A model generated the notes under the pieces. It was not told where the DNA came from. It made no database searches and saw nothing but the letters and a program-made list of their open reading frames with translations. This document shows positions 24,301-37,790 of a stretch of 64,000 nt of DNA, one piece after another; within the stretch, counting starts at the first letter, position 1, and each line of letters opens with the position of its first letter. A program made the translations under genes and the position numbers. Source of the DNA: Blasia pusilla (Eukaryota); NCBI GenBank assembly GCA_050084515.1, contig CM114271.1, positions 17,050,001 to 17,114,000 on the forward strand, read 5' to 3'.

Positions 24301-27274
24301 AAAGTAGTCTCCGTGGAAGGGCAGATGATGCAACCATCCTGCAAAATAGCATTGACACTTCAGAGTTGTGTGACCTGAAAGCTTAGATATGCAAACTGAT
24401 GATCAAAAGAACGTACTGCAAGAATTGCATGCAAAGAGAAGGTTCTTGATGTTTGTAGAGACCACTGAGCGCTTGGTAACAAACCCATACACTTTAAGAT
24501 GCATAGACAAAATGCTAGCCACTCCCCTCATTATGTCCAGGACCAGACCTGAGAATTGCAACAGCAGGAATAGACCGATAGCTGACCAGAAAACTTCCAT
24601 CTTTCAAGATTTACAGCTTTGATTTCAAAGGGAAAATTTTCTAGAATCAATCTTCATTTGCCTTTCAGCACAGTTTCCATGACCTGCACATAATATTGCA
24701 TGCTACGTGTTGATTCTTTGCATGTGTTTCCCAATGAATAGTATCATCCACTTAATTTCCTTTTTAAAAGAGTCCTGGGAAAAGAACCGACAGTTGCTCT
24801 CCAAAGACAAGGCAGCCCAATTTCTTCCCCAAAATGTGAGATACTTCTGAGCAAAAAGGTATGACCAAACTCTGCAGTCATTCGCAACACCCAATGAATA
24901 GTATCGTCCACTTAATTTCCTTTTTAAAGGAGTCCTGGGAAAAAAACCGACAATTGTTCTCCAAAGAGAAGACAGCCCAATTTCTGCCCCAAAATGTGAG
25001 ATACTTCTGAGCAAAAGGGGTGACCAAACTCTACAGTCCTTCACAACACACTCCTGCGTATCTTTGAAAGAAACCAGGAGCTCAGAAAGTCCACAGCTAC
25101 AAATAGAAAGAAAGGCAACACTAATCGCCATAGTATTAACACATACTCTTCTACTTGGTCACCGACCTATAGACTCCGTCATCGTCAACTCAAGAAATTC
25201 CTTGTTATGGTATCTATCTAGGAACCCAAGAGAACAAGTCACATGAGTCTGGAGATTCGGTTCTCTAACAGTCTACTCAGTGATACTTACAACAGAACGA
25301 GTGGCACTTACTGCTGATTTACCTCACCAGAACTCTGCTCTAAGTAAAGTAACCAAGATTTCAAGGTCAGTCATTCGCAGATCTATTTAATCGGGAATGA
25401 GTTCCTTTACATGAGTCCAGACCTAGAAGCTTGAAATGTGGTCATGAAAGGTATTTAACGTATGCAATGCCAAGGCACGCATAAGAAGTGGTCACATCAA
25501 CTAACATGGTTCCTTCACTAAACAAGACTCGTTCATGGAGAGATCAAGCCTAGCAGCTTCAAATCTGAATGTAAGAGGTGCTCCGACAGATGCCATGCCA
25601 TGGCACACACATTGAAGAGGTCCAATAAACCAGTAAGCATCCTGAGGAATAGGAGATGAATCAATCAACCTCGCTCTTCCCCTACACCCAGTTAAATTTC
25701 TAGGTCAGGACAGGAGCTATTACCTTGAACCACAGAAGGAGGAGGACGCAAACACTATCAAAATCTTGCACACTCTTTGATGATGCGGATGAGAATTTCA
25801 GTCACTTATCTGCCTACTTAAGAGAATTTCGCAGCGGAAAGGGAAACAACCTGCTGAAAAATTGCTCTGACCGTATCACCTGAGCTGAACCTCAAGTTCA
25901 GTCGCCTAAATTCAGTGTCCAAAGCTGCTGAACAGGTAAGTGATGGTTTTATGTTGTCATTCCGGTAAGGAAGATAAAGTTAGAAGGAGAATTATGCGCC
26001 ACAGAAGCTATTCCCTTAAAGCAGAAAGGAGGAGGGTGTGAAAAATATCAAACCCCGCACGCCCTGCAATGATGGGAATGAGGCTCTGGGTCACTATCTG
26101 CCTACTTGTAAGAAACTTTATAGCATAAAGAACAACAGCCTGCTTAAACAAAATATTCCGTGAAAGTAGTACCAGAGCACTTCGTGGACTTAAAGTCACC
26201 TCAATTCGGTGCCTACAGCTGCCATATTAGAAATCCATGTTTGGATTCTAATTCAGGTAAGGTAGGTAGAGCTCTCACGGATCTCTAGGCCATCAGAAGC
26301 TATTCCCTTCAACCAGAAAAGAGGATGCGGATACTATCAAAACCCTGCACGCTATACAATAATGGGGAATTTGAGCCACAACCTGCCTAAATGCAAGAAA
26401 CTTTGCAGCCGCGATGGAGACATCCTAATGAAACTTTGCCATGACGGTTTTACTAGAGGTCTTCATCGAGATCAATCGTCTCAATTCACTGCCCTACAAC
26501 TGCCATACTAGTAACCAACGTTGCTTGGGTCCTAATTCAGGTGAGGTGCACTGAGTAGCGAAGAATTTCTTGATGCAAACCTAGAAACTCCGCGAAAAAA
26601 CATTATAGAAGGCACCACCTTTAGACGAGTTACGACAGTAGCTCCCTCCTGTCATTTGTCATTTTCTTTGATCTTCCCCCCTCCCGCGTCCATCCAAATC
26701 CAAGTCACAATCACAATCTAGTTCCAGGCACTGCTCAAAAAATAAACTCTCTGAAAACGCACAGCAGAAGCCCCTGCACAATACACTCACTTCCTCATGC
26801 AGACTAGAACGGAACGAATTCGCCATTGCAGGCGGTGAGACTCACCGGCGTCAACCTGGCGTTGAACATTCCCTCGCTGTAGGCACCTTCAGCGGGCGAC
26901 TGATTCTCCAGAGCGTAGACATCCTCTTTGTACCACAGGAGCAGGACGTTCTCTCCATCCTGTCGAATCAACCGTCTCTCGCCTCTCGGCAACGCCGAAG
27001 TGGGAATTACTGGAACCCACGAACCCTCATCGCCCGCCTCAGTCGTAGTCGTAGACGAGGACGCTTCCCCAGCCGCATTGCACTCAATCGACCTGCACTT
27101 CCGCCGACGCTGCCTCAAACTCGACCTCCCCACCACTCCACACGCCAAAGGTGCGAATGCATAACAATTCCCCACCGCGAGCTCCTTGCCCCCCGCTGCC
27201 CTCCTTCCTCTCCACGCGCTCGCCGTCCCGATCGACGCCGTGGAACATGCCAAAGCGCACGAAATTGCTGCCAT
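21361..27274 (-). CDS. PSB33: PSB33/LIL8-like thylakoid protein (Rieske-like domain + C-terminal LHC-like helix), 3 exons, ~290 aa
   Basis: Exons 27274-26846, 24338-24081 and 21546-21361 join in frame with GT-AG introns. Transit-peptide-like N-terminus, WVPVIPTSALPRGERRLIRQDGENVLLLWYK, CPSTETTFDLKTG, ELVNGRAAMVGF. Confidence 0.92.
24730..25049. repeat. Tandem duplication, 2 x 160 bp, in PSB33 intron 1
   Basis: cccaatgaatagtatc... starts at both 24730 and 24890; the units are near-identical. Confidence 0.9.
25713..26560. repeat. Degenerate tandem triplication of a ~290 bp unit in PSB33 intron 1
   Basis: agctatt.cctt.aa...gagga...tatcaaa...ctgccta recurs at ~25715, ~26006 and ~26298. Confidence 0.7.
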
Positions 27275-30200
27275 CGCTCCCTCCCCTCTCCTCGTCCTCC
27301 GTGATTCCACTCCCCACTCTCTGTCTCTCTTTCTCCGTCTCTCTTCTCTCTCTCCTCCTCTCTAAAGGGTCAGGGCCGGAAGGCCCGGAACCGTCCAGGC
27401 TCGGAGAGGATCGGGTTGGCGGGGAGCCAGACCTGTAGGAGGTAGTAGGAGGTCGCCGGCCCGGCGGGCGGGTCACTGAGGACCGAGCCTGGCTCCAGGG
27501 GTGGATGACGTGGCGCTATCCCCTATGTCCCGAGCCTCGAGGATGTGGAGGGTCGGCAGGGTGAGGTGTTTTCGGGACCTGCTGTAGCAGGTCGGAAAGG
27601 GTGGGGGACGAGTCGCTTTGCGCCTGAGCTGGTTGTAGGAGGAGATTGTCGTTCCTCCGAGGCTCTCCGGTCGTTCTTTCGAGGATGAGGTTCGGACCTG
27701 GGTGCGTGGATAGACGGCCATCCACGTGTCGACGCGCCATCAGGTGCGCGGCGGGGGATGAGAGAGGCCCGGTGGGCGGGTCGCGCGGAGGCGGACCTGG
27801 CACTGCGATATGATGACGTGGTAGTAGCGGGCTGCAGACTTACTTCCATCGAGCCTCTCCATTGGTCGGCCTGGATCAGGTCCGGCGAGTTGTGCGTTCG
27901 TTCTCCCTCGTGGCTAACGGAGTTCGTGGACAGAAGACTGTCCACGTGTTGAAGCAGAATTTCGACGGACTTCGAGGACGGACAATGTGGCTGACCGCGA
28001 CCTTATAGTAGGAACCCGAGCAACATGCCATAATTGCCATTGCATTCGCAGCGATGCCGACGAACTGCATGACACCTCCAGTCACCGCATCTAGTAGCAG
28101 TCACCGTCAGTAGTTGCGGCAAGTTCGTGAGGATAAGGGGAGGAACTCCGAATGCGAAGCGGAGAGGCAGCTGAGTGAGGGAGAAAGAAGACATTGAATG
28201 AGGTAAGGAAGAAAGAAGAAAGAAGGATTTCAAATAAGGTACTTACTGCGCGATTGGCGAATTCCGGATGTCTCCGAGACAGGCTAGGCTTTAGGGATCG
28301 GCACATTGGTCTAGCAGCCTATGGTATCAGTTCTTGCAACACGTCGGGGGAATGGACGAATGCAGAAAGACCAGACCAGACGCGAAGAAGCGAAGATGAT
28401 GGATAAGGAAGAAAGACGAATTTTCTAGTAAGGCACAGGAGATGCAATTCGCGAACTCCTGAACTCTCTGAAACCTGATGGCTTCCGGGATCGAGGTCTT
28501 GGTGGAGAAGGCTACGCTGAGAGTTGTCAGGAGCTGGTGAGAAATGGATAAATGGAGAAACTCCCAACCAGGCGCGAAGAATCCTGTCAATTAGGAAGAA
28601 GGAAGAATTTCAAAGGAGGTATAGGAGATGCGATTGGAGAAGTCCGAAACGCTCTGAAAAACGCAGGGGTGTTCCTGATCGATGTCTCGGTCAATAATGA
28701 GGCTATGCTCCCAGTTCTGTCGGCAAGTCGGTTAGAAAAGCGAAAGAGGAATCTCAAGACGCAAAGTGGCGGATGCGGTAGGACGAGCGAAGATTTCAAG
28801 TGAAGTACAGTACATGCTTTTGGCAAATTCCAGAACGGTCTGAAAACGCGCAATTGTGTGTTGCGGACATCCACTCACCGACCTATCACCCTCCTATCAC
28901 CGTCCTGAGATCGGATTCGCTGTAATGGTTGCCGGGAGGAATCTATCGCTGAAGAGATTTGTTTTCAGCCGATGTCGGGAACGATTTCAGGACGACCACA
29001 AATAGGACCAGTCTGGCACGTTACCAGACTCAGACGGTCACGGCTTTACATCTTCTAGTTTCAGCCCCTAGCATTTTTATTTGCATTTTTTTTTGTCATT
29101 CGGCGTCTTGTTTCGGGAACAGAGAACATGCAAACTCGCGGAAAATCTTCAGCGATATGTTGCGGTCTCTTGAACGCGTCTGCTGATCATGTGCTACCAC
29201 AGCTTGAAGCTGTAAACCTACGCGCGGACTTCGATTTATGGATGCACGAAAGTAGCGCTCCACATTGGCAGACTACAATCTGGCCCTAATCGTAATTTCT
29301 CACGTCACATGATGTAGTTGCACGTTCTTTCCTTCCCTTATCTCTCTCGCTTTTTTGCATGTGCATCTCTCTCTCTTTTCAGTACACTCACGAGTTTCTA
29401 TCAAGCTCTCCGTGAGGTAGACTTATGAAAAAGTTAGTAGGGACAGCATGAAGGTTGACAGCTCCCTCCACCATATCTAGCTTTTGGCTGACTTAGAAGA
29501 TAGTCCTGTTCCTTGAATCAAAGTAATTGGTTGAATTCTTAAAGTTGGAAGTCTTTGCCACGGATGATCTTAGCGTGAACATAGAAAAACTGTTTCATAC
29601 CTCACATCTTCTGCCTCCCGAAATCTCCGCATCCCTTCTAAGCAGGACGAGAACCGCAACAGATAGGTAATGGAACTACCTACCAGCTCAAATCTACGAA
29701 TATCTTTGTCCTGCTGCTGTATTGGAAGCGACGGGGGTAAAGACACTAGATTGGTAGACTGTGCTGGACGACACTTCACGAATCGTTAGAAGGTCGAGTC
29801 CTCGGAGCCAGGGCCTGGGAACCCATCAGTGTATGTTCTGAGCAGCTCCGAATGACACTGCAGTCTGTCCGGAGGTTTGATCCATGACGACCACCGAAAG
29901 TCTTGACAGCGACTTAGGACCCAAGAGTGAACTCTGAAGGTGCTTGTAAGCACGACCTCGGGTGAACACCGAGCGAGATGTGATTCCAAACCATGCTAGG
30001 GTGAAATCCATCCATTATCCTAGCAGTTCCAGTCAAGAGTAGTAGGAAGCGTTCAAGAAATAGGGTTACAACGGATGAACCCGTTCTCAACGCAGTTCCA
30101 TGGGATGCTTGTGGAACCAAAAGTCCTCCAGCATTCCGCCCTCGCTTGCAGATCTTGGAGCAACGCATGGATCATGGGCCGTTGTTTGTCCAAATGCATC

Positions 30201-32349
30201 AAAGTCTTAAGTACTTAACCGTCACAATGGCGGTACTCGAACAATCCGTCTGGACCTGTAGTCGAAGGCACATTGACCATTGTGATCTGTGAGTTAGAAT
30301 ATTGCGTGTTGCCTCGACTCATGTCGTTCGGATTGAAGACCAAAGTAGCTACTCTTAATAGATATTCATCAAATTTAATCCCAAAGTTGGCACGCCACAA
30401 CACTCCTTTATCCGACTTCCTGTTTGTGACTTATTGTAGTTCGCACAATTGTCATGAAATGCACGACGTCAATGAAAACACAAGGCTGGCATAGGCCACC
30501 AATCTTATGCTCTTCGCTGTCATTCAGAGGCTAATGCACGCTTACTGGCAAGCTTGTCTTACACGAGCAATTGTTTACGGTCGCACGACCTTATAGTTCT
30601 CGTTGAGAGCTCTGCATGAAACGTTAAAGAGCTACTGAGCTGTGCGTGTGTGGAAGAGAAGAGTAGTTGTTATTATGTAATTATGTAAGAAAAGCTCACA
30701 TGTGTGGGTTGCATTATCAAGTACGATTCTGGCTCTTATTTTAGATCAGAGAGGGGCTTACCCCAAGGAAATTCTTTGTTTCGAATACGCAGGTATGAGT
30801 ACGCCTGCAGAAGGCACATCCAGAAAAACCTGTAAGGAGTGGTTGGATATACTCTTCAGGTTTCAAGCTCCACACAGAAGAAAACAGCCAGCTTCGGTGT
30901 AATAGAAAAGCTTGCTGAACGTGTGCCTTCCTTCCCTTCTCTGCTGATAACCCATATCGTACAGGTCAAACAGACTTTAGATATGTGGTCTTTCATCCGG
31001 TCAGATTTCGGTAACGTCTTCAGACCGAGTTCTCCCATGCTACCACGAAATTATAGCAACCTTATTCTTCTCACATGATACAACTCTCATCTTGTGGATG
31101 TAAAAAGTGAAGAACTCCACCTCACGAGTGCTTCATGTTTTGGACCCAACAGCAGAGGAGATACGAAAACAGTAACTACTATACCGGTCTCTCTTCTTGA
31201 TGGGGATGTTCTCCAGACATGGTGTAAATGGAGAGAAGCAAACAACCGAGAGAACCCACGAAAGTTAAATTACGCCATTTTGCCGTCTCCTCTGCACGAC
31301 AACCAACAACACAACATTGGCTGCAGATGCAGAAACGAAGGAGGAAAAGCTGATGTGACCCAGTGCTTAAAGTGACCAACTTTTCTGCATTCGGGAGCGA
31401 TCCTCCCTTCTACCAATTTCATCAGCCCCCAACTTCGCCGCTTGAAGCAACATCACGTCAACCACGAACTGCCTTCGCTGGGTGTTAGCCATCTAGCGAG
31501 CCTTTCGACTCCGTCCTACAGTCCACAAAGCTTTTCAAGGTACTACTTCTGCTTCATCTCATACACATCTTTCGATTCCGTCTACTTCAATCCAGTGCAG
31601 TGCCGGGAAGCAGAGAGGCAAGTCAGGGGTTAATTCGGCTGCATCTTCTCGACAACCGTCGAATGAACAGACAAAACATCGTAGCCATGCCCTAATTCCG
31701 TTGCAGGATAAGAGAGGGGAGGAAGGGATGAGCCGTGCGCGCCTAGGGTCTCACAGATGCCTATTTCACTAGCTCAACTTAACGCCGCTATGCAAGCGGC
31801 TTCAATCTGTTCCTGGGTCGAGAGTAGCGCAGTAAGTAAGCCCCTGGCCGTGGCTAGGATCGCCAGTTGCGATCATACAACCCACATTTTCTGCCAATTG
31901 AATATACACCCGACCGACCACATCTTCTGCAGTCGCAACTTAAGACAGGATCCTTCGAAGCTTCCATAGGTTTTCACATCCAGACTGGAATGGTCTACAA
32001 CTGCACACTCGTGGACTGTGCCGTGTCTCTGAGACAATCCCATCTATTTCAAGCAGTAGGTTATAAATTGGCCGAGGAAAGCCCCTTCGAAATTTCTTCT
32101 CTTCGCTCTCTTAGACAATGTCACCTCCCATCTCCCTCTCCTCTCACGCACACAAACAACGAAAGCGCCATCAGATAACACACACCTGCGTCGTCCCCGT
32201 GATGGTGGCGATGCGCAGCGGCGGCGGCAAAAGGAGGAGCAGCTGGAGCAGGCGAGGATCTCTTGCCGGGTCCGCGCGGGGCCGATCCCTGCCCTCCTTT
32301 CGCTGCACCGAATTGACGCAGCGAGCCCAATTGAATCGCTCTCCTCGCC

Positions 32350-32621
32350 CACGCTCCCGTCATCGGCCCCACTCCTTTTCCTCCTCCTCCTCCTTCCTAC
32401 TCCCTTCGCGCTCGAATCTCGCAAACCGTTCTTCCTTCCCTCTCCTTCCCTCGCACTCCTCAACCACAACTTCTTCACCCCTCCAGTACTCACGCTCCCG
32501 TCATCGGCCCCACTCCTTTTCCTCCTCCTCCTTCCTACTCCCTTCGCGCTCGAATCTCGCAAACCGTTCGTCCTTTCCTCGCCTTCCCTCGCACTCCTCA
32601 ACCACAACTTCTTCACCCCTC
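32350..32621. repeat. Direct duplication of a ~133 bp pyrimidine-rich block (32350-32483, 32491-32621)
   Basis: cacgctcccgtcatcggccccactcc...cttcttcacccctc occurs twice. Confidence 0.92.
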
Positions 32622-32786
32622 TCGCACACACCTCTCTCTGTTGTCCTATATCTATCTATCTGTTCCCTGTAGTCTCTGTGTGTGTGTTTCTGTCTCTCCC
32701 GGACTCGGAGTTTTCGTTCTCTGCAACTGACCGTTGAAGCCGGGCAGGTGTCCCGACACCGTCAGAGAGAGGAACGCGACAGGGTG

Positions 32787-32939
32787 TCCGCGGGACTCCT
32801 GAGAAATTCTATGATCTGCGGGATACAGTTGCCCGGCTCCGCGGGACTCCTGAGAAATTCTATGATCTGCGGGACACAGTTCCCGGGCTCCGCGGGACTC
32901 TTGAGCAATTCTATGATCCTAGGGACACGGTGTCACGGC
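32787..32939. repeat. 51-bp tandem repeat x3
   Basis: tccgcgggactc(c/t)tgag(a/c)aattctatgatc... at 32787, 32838 and 32889. Confidence 0.92.
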
Positions 32940-33808
32940 TGCGCGGGAGGACTGAGGGATGATGAGAGGTCAGAGGAGAGAGACAGACCCGTGACAGCCG
33001 TGGGATGATCTGGGGGAAACAGATCTCTAGAGACTAGAGTCCTGAGTAATACGATAATCTGAGGTGTTCGGAGGGTGGTGGGGCCCATGGAGGACCGAGA
33101 GAATGTGCAGCTGGACCGGAGGTTGGGCAACCTATTCCGTTCCAACTTCCAAACCCGAGCTCCCTCTGTCCCGACAGCCAGGTGGCTGGGTGACTGGGTC
33201 CCAGGACTGGGGCGGCGGACCGACAAGCACCGGTGCTCGCTCGCGCTTCCGGAAACCCGAGACGCCTCGCCGGGCCGCGTGAGGAAAGAGTCCACGAAAA
33301 GGATGTGTTTGTGTATCTGATGGACAAACGAGAATCATCGCTGGATAAGTGTGGGAACCGCCATGTTTAATTTTTTGGGTTGTGGTGGTTGATGGCTGTT
33401 CTAATTTTTAAAAATTAATCCACGGAGATGATTTGGATCAAACACTTCTTGAACCCAATCAATCACCCCTTCCTTTATTTTCAAAATTTTTTATGTTAAA
33501 AAATGGACTTTTCTTGAAAATAAGGAGAAAAAGGGTGGGTATAGGGAATGGTGATTCCCTTTCATGAGGGGATCATAGACCTTATGGTTTCAACCAAACT
33601 TTCCATTCTTTTCTGAATTTCTCAAAATATTCAAAAATGAGGGTTTTCTTGTAGAACTGGAAAATAAAGGGATTCTTTTGAAGATGGATTGGGGTCAGAG
33701 ACCTTATAGAGCCTACCACACCTTAATTTTTTCATAAATTAAAAACAAAATTCCAAAATAGGGTTTAAAAAAAACTTAGTTCTTTTGGAAATTTACATTT
33801 AATTTTAA

Positions 33809-33966
33809 TCTATATTATGGAAAGAGGATAGGGTTTGAGAAACCCCTCTTCCCGCGTTGACAGGTGTATTGTTTGACAGAAGAGCCGACAATAGGAGCTA
33901 GATGTAACGGACGCGTTTTCAGCATGGTGATTTTTTCACTCGAGCATAGCACGGGCATGATGCTAG
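33809..33966 (+). mobile_element. Short non-autonomous Helitron, copy B
   Basis: A|TCTATATTATGGAAAGAGGATAGGG ... CTCGAGCATAGCACGGG hairpin ... CTAG|T. Confidence 0.78.
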
Positions 33967-34367
33967 TATCTTCTTATTTAGAATCTCACATGGATTTGAA
34001 AAAAATTACTTCCTTGTACTTGTATGAGGATAAATTTGCACTCTAGATCTTAAGTTTTGCCTCTCCTATCATTTTTAGTTTCTATCATTATTATTATTCT
34101 CCCCTATAGAACCAAATTAGTTACAACCCCTCCCAATAACCCAAAATGGATTTGTGGCTTTTTTTGCACCATGTCCTAACATGTAGTCTAAAATCATGTC
34201 ATGATCATTCAACTAAACTTTCATAAACTTTCAAGTATAGATCTTTACATATGCTATATCCCATTCCACAATCCCATCTTTTATGTAAAAAAAAATTTTG
34301 TTCCACCTTCTAATTGCAGGGAAATTAAATCTTGTCCTCCTTTCAATTCTCTCCTCCACACATTCAT

Positions 34368-34371
<4 letters not shown>

Positions 34372-34404
<33 letters not shown>
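34372..34404. repeat. (CT)n microsatellite
   Basis: Direct inspection. Confidence 0.95.
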
Positions 34405-34408
<4 letters not shown>

Positions 34409-37400
34409 GTTGAGATGATTATTTTTTCTTCTACCTACTTGTGTATTCTCATGTAAAACATAGATAAAGAAATAATTTAGCATTCAACTTATTACTTACA
34501 ATAACTTTCTTTCTAACAAATAAGTCGAGATTGTAGTTAACTTTTTTGACCAAAATATCTTTATGTTCTTTTAGTACGTGGTTTTTAGTAGGGCTCATGG
34601 AGCAAAATTTTTGCATGCTAGGCCCCAAGGAAAAAATAAGTTAATAACACTAGTTTGTATGAAAATTTTAGTTTTCATTTTTCTTAATGGTCCTAGCTAG
34701 AATCAATGTCGCCTCATGGATCCTATAAAGAAAATGGATCATTTCTTATGATATTACTAATTTTACTTTATATTTATCAATAATTTCCATTATAAAAGTC
34801 TTAGTATATGCATTTAACTATGTAAAAAAAGTTTATGAATACTCATATTTTCCTAAAATTATTTTCTTAACATGAGTTTGTAGATATGTTGCCCATCATA
34901 TTGGATAAAATCTTCTCTTTTTTTAGGTATGAGAATATGAGTCATTTATTTTTCTCCATTTTCTTGCCCTAGTAACTTCATGTCACTTCTTGTTCCATTC
35001 ATATAGGACACTTTCACTCCATCCTCTATTCAAGGTGAATGTTGAGTGTGAGTAGGGCTCAATTCATGTGATATGGTCACCAATGGATTCTCGTCAACGG
35101 CTTCACTATTGTCTCAAAGTATGACATGCCCTCCATTAGCCATCTTGCCTAACTTTGGTACATCTCTCATCAAGCCTTTCCTTCTGTCCTTCATGACCTT
35201 ATCAATATTGGGTATCAATGACACCAATATCAGCTCCGTTGGCCCCACCTTAAATAACCTCCGCAATTGGAATGGTCGGTGGCATCTTCTTTCTCACGAT
35301 TGGAAGTCTCTCTTTGGCACCAATGTCATCCTCATTGTGTAAAGGTCTCTTACGATTAGGATTGTCAATTTTACACATTGGGGCTGATTTGGCCCACCAT
35401 AATTCTCCATACCATTGACAAACAATTGGAGTCATAGTAAATATTTTGAGCAGCACAAGGGAAAAAATCAATACATCAGATCCAAACATTCTCCCCTACA
35501 ATTTAGAAACAACCGTCATCAACGGGTTTGTGTTACCTACTTCTGTTGAAATAAAATGTGAAATATGTGTTAATGACTAGTACTCGAGGAGAAACATTCA
35601 AACTAAGATACAAAATTCTATAATAAATCCTAAGAAATAGGCATACAATAGCCAGATACAATCAAGGGCAATAAGCTTTGGTATAATATAATTGCGACTA
35701 ATATTAAAAAAATAAGAATGGAAGGATGCTAATAAAACTTGAAAAAATTTAGTTTCCATGATGAGGCTAATATCATAAGTACTAAGTGGTTAATACTCGG
35801 GCAGACAATGGCTGTACACAAGGCAACTAATGACATATAGTGGCTAATATCAAAAGTAATAATCCGGTTGAGGTATAGACAAAAGATATCTATATACAAG
35901 AACATAAGACACCAAAAAAAAGAAGGCTAATAATAAGTGGTGGCTATATACTTGGTTTCCTAATGAAACTCGACAATCCAAAATGTTTTTAGCTAGATGA
36001 TTATCCAAAGAAACTTTTGCAATGTGCAAATTAAAAGACACGAAAGGGGATACAAGGTAAATTATACATGAACAAAACTTTAGAATTATCCAACAAATTT
36101 GAAGTTGAGGGTTCCATACTTATATTTGTAGGCTAGGTTTGTCTTCATGGGAAATATGGAAGAACTTTGTTGTACGTATACATATCGCTACACAACATAC
36201 ATCATTGTCACCAACTATAAACACAAAAACACAAGATTCATACTCATTCATGGCATCTAAACATCGAGACAGTCGTGTACCAAAATATCTCCAATTAAAC
36301 CAAGATCACTCAAAAGTTCACACGGCAACTCCATCTCTCTCTCATATCAAACCAAAACCATTATCCTAATGAAAGGCAAGGAGAACTATAGCTCTGCCAC
36401 CTCGTGCCAAGAGGTTCAACAAAAAAAAATGATCGCTAAAGCTCCCTCTCTTTGGGTATATCCCCTTCCCTCACCCAAACTCTCTCCATTGTAACCTTTG
36501 CTTGCAAGTTACCTCATTGGCTCTTGACCTATAATAGGGGATCAATGGTTGATGAACGCTTGGGTGGTTCCTCATTCAAAATTCCTTTATGCCTTACTCC
36601 ATTTGGTGTTAGTCCTCGGACCATTACTTCTTGAACTATCCCAATTTTCCGCCATCTTCAATAAACCATGATAACACCTTATCTCACATGGTTAAACACT
36701 CAAACTTATCTGAAGTCTCCAATTCCCCTCAATAGCTCACATAAGCCAACGATAACCCTGTGATGACAACCCTATCTTACACACTCAAATATATACTAGT
36801 GCTTAGCTTGAGCCTCTCATACTCCTCACAAGCTCACGTAAGCTAATGCAACAATGTGTGAACCACAAGATCCCTCCTTGGGAAACGATCTTCTACCTAA
36901 AAGCATGCTATATTTGAAGAGGGTATGCACTCAACAACCTCATAACTATACTCGATAATCTCAACTTGGTTCACACCAATCCAACCCATTACTTCTAGAA
37001 GGTCTATAGCAAGTTCTACCTTATACCCGATATCCTCAATGACAAGAGACAAATACAATAATATAACTTAAATGGGTAGCCTAAACACATGTGAACATGG
37101 CATGGTCTGAATTTCAACCTAGCCATTGTATAGTTGACTTTGACTGCTCCATATGGTATGGCAACCAATGCATCACATAAATCTCCGGTATAGCCAATTG
37201 AATATCCGATGTGAGGATTTAGACTACCAATCTGTATCCATGGGTGTGTGGTTTCACTACCTCTAGCACCTTGTTATGGGACATCAACAAGAATCCCTCA
37301 TATCGGCATAGGTCAACAAAGTACTAGTGAGATAGACCTTCTTCATCAACTCGTGGGAAGTTGACAAGTCATTGGAAATTGCAAAAAACCATGTCAAGAA

Positions 37401-37602
37401 TAGCAAGGCCATAATTAAGGAAGTCAAAAAAATTGGCCAAAAGTGATGAAAATCTACAATGTAACTTTTCCTATGATTCTTATATTGTCCCTACATGATT
37501 CTATCACTAGCAAATCCTACAGCATAACGAGTAGCCATTGAAGGTGAATAAATATAAGTAAAAAAGTTTGATTTAACTCCCCACTAGTTTTTTAGGTTGT
37601 CA

Positions 37603-37790
37603 TCTATATAATTAAAAGCGGATGGGATTAGAGAAACCCTCTTCCGATGTTTGACACCTATCTTTTCAACTTTCTTCCGGTATTGACACGTGTCAAATCT
37701 TAGAAAATAATTAAATTGATAGGGCCAAGGATTTCTCGGATGCTTAGAAATCTTTCTCCTCACCCGTGCATAGCATGGGCATCACACTAG
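37603..37790 (+). mobile_element. Short non-autonomous Helitron, copy C
   Basis: A|TCTATATAATTAAAAGCGGATGGG ... CCCGTGCATAGCATGGG hairpin ... CTAG (followed by C rather than T). Confidence 0.78.

Noticed and set aside
27084-27945. Overlapping 80-140 aa ORFs upstream of PSB33
   Set aside because: A GC-rich promoter/UTR region is open in several frames; no protein-like signal.
32787-32939. CRISPR-like appearance of the 51-bp repeats
   Set aside because: Contiguous tandem units with no unique spacers, eukaryotic context and no cas genes.
34950-37400. Old TE-like coding remnants
   Set aside because: Short ORFs with no recognisable domain.
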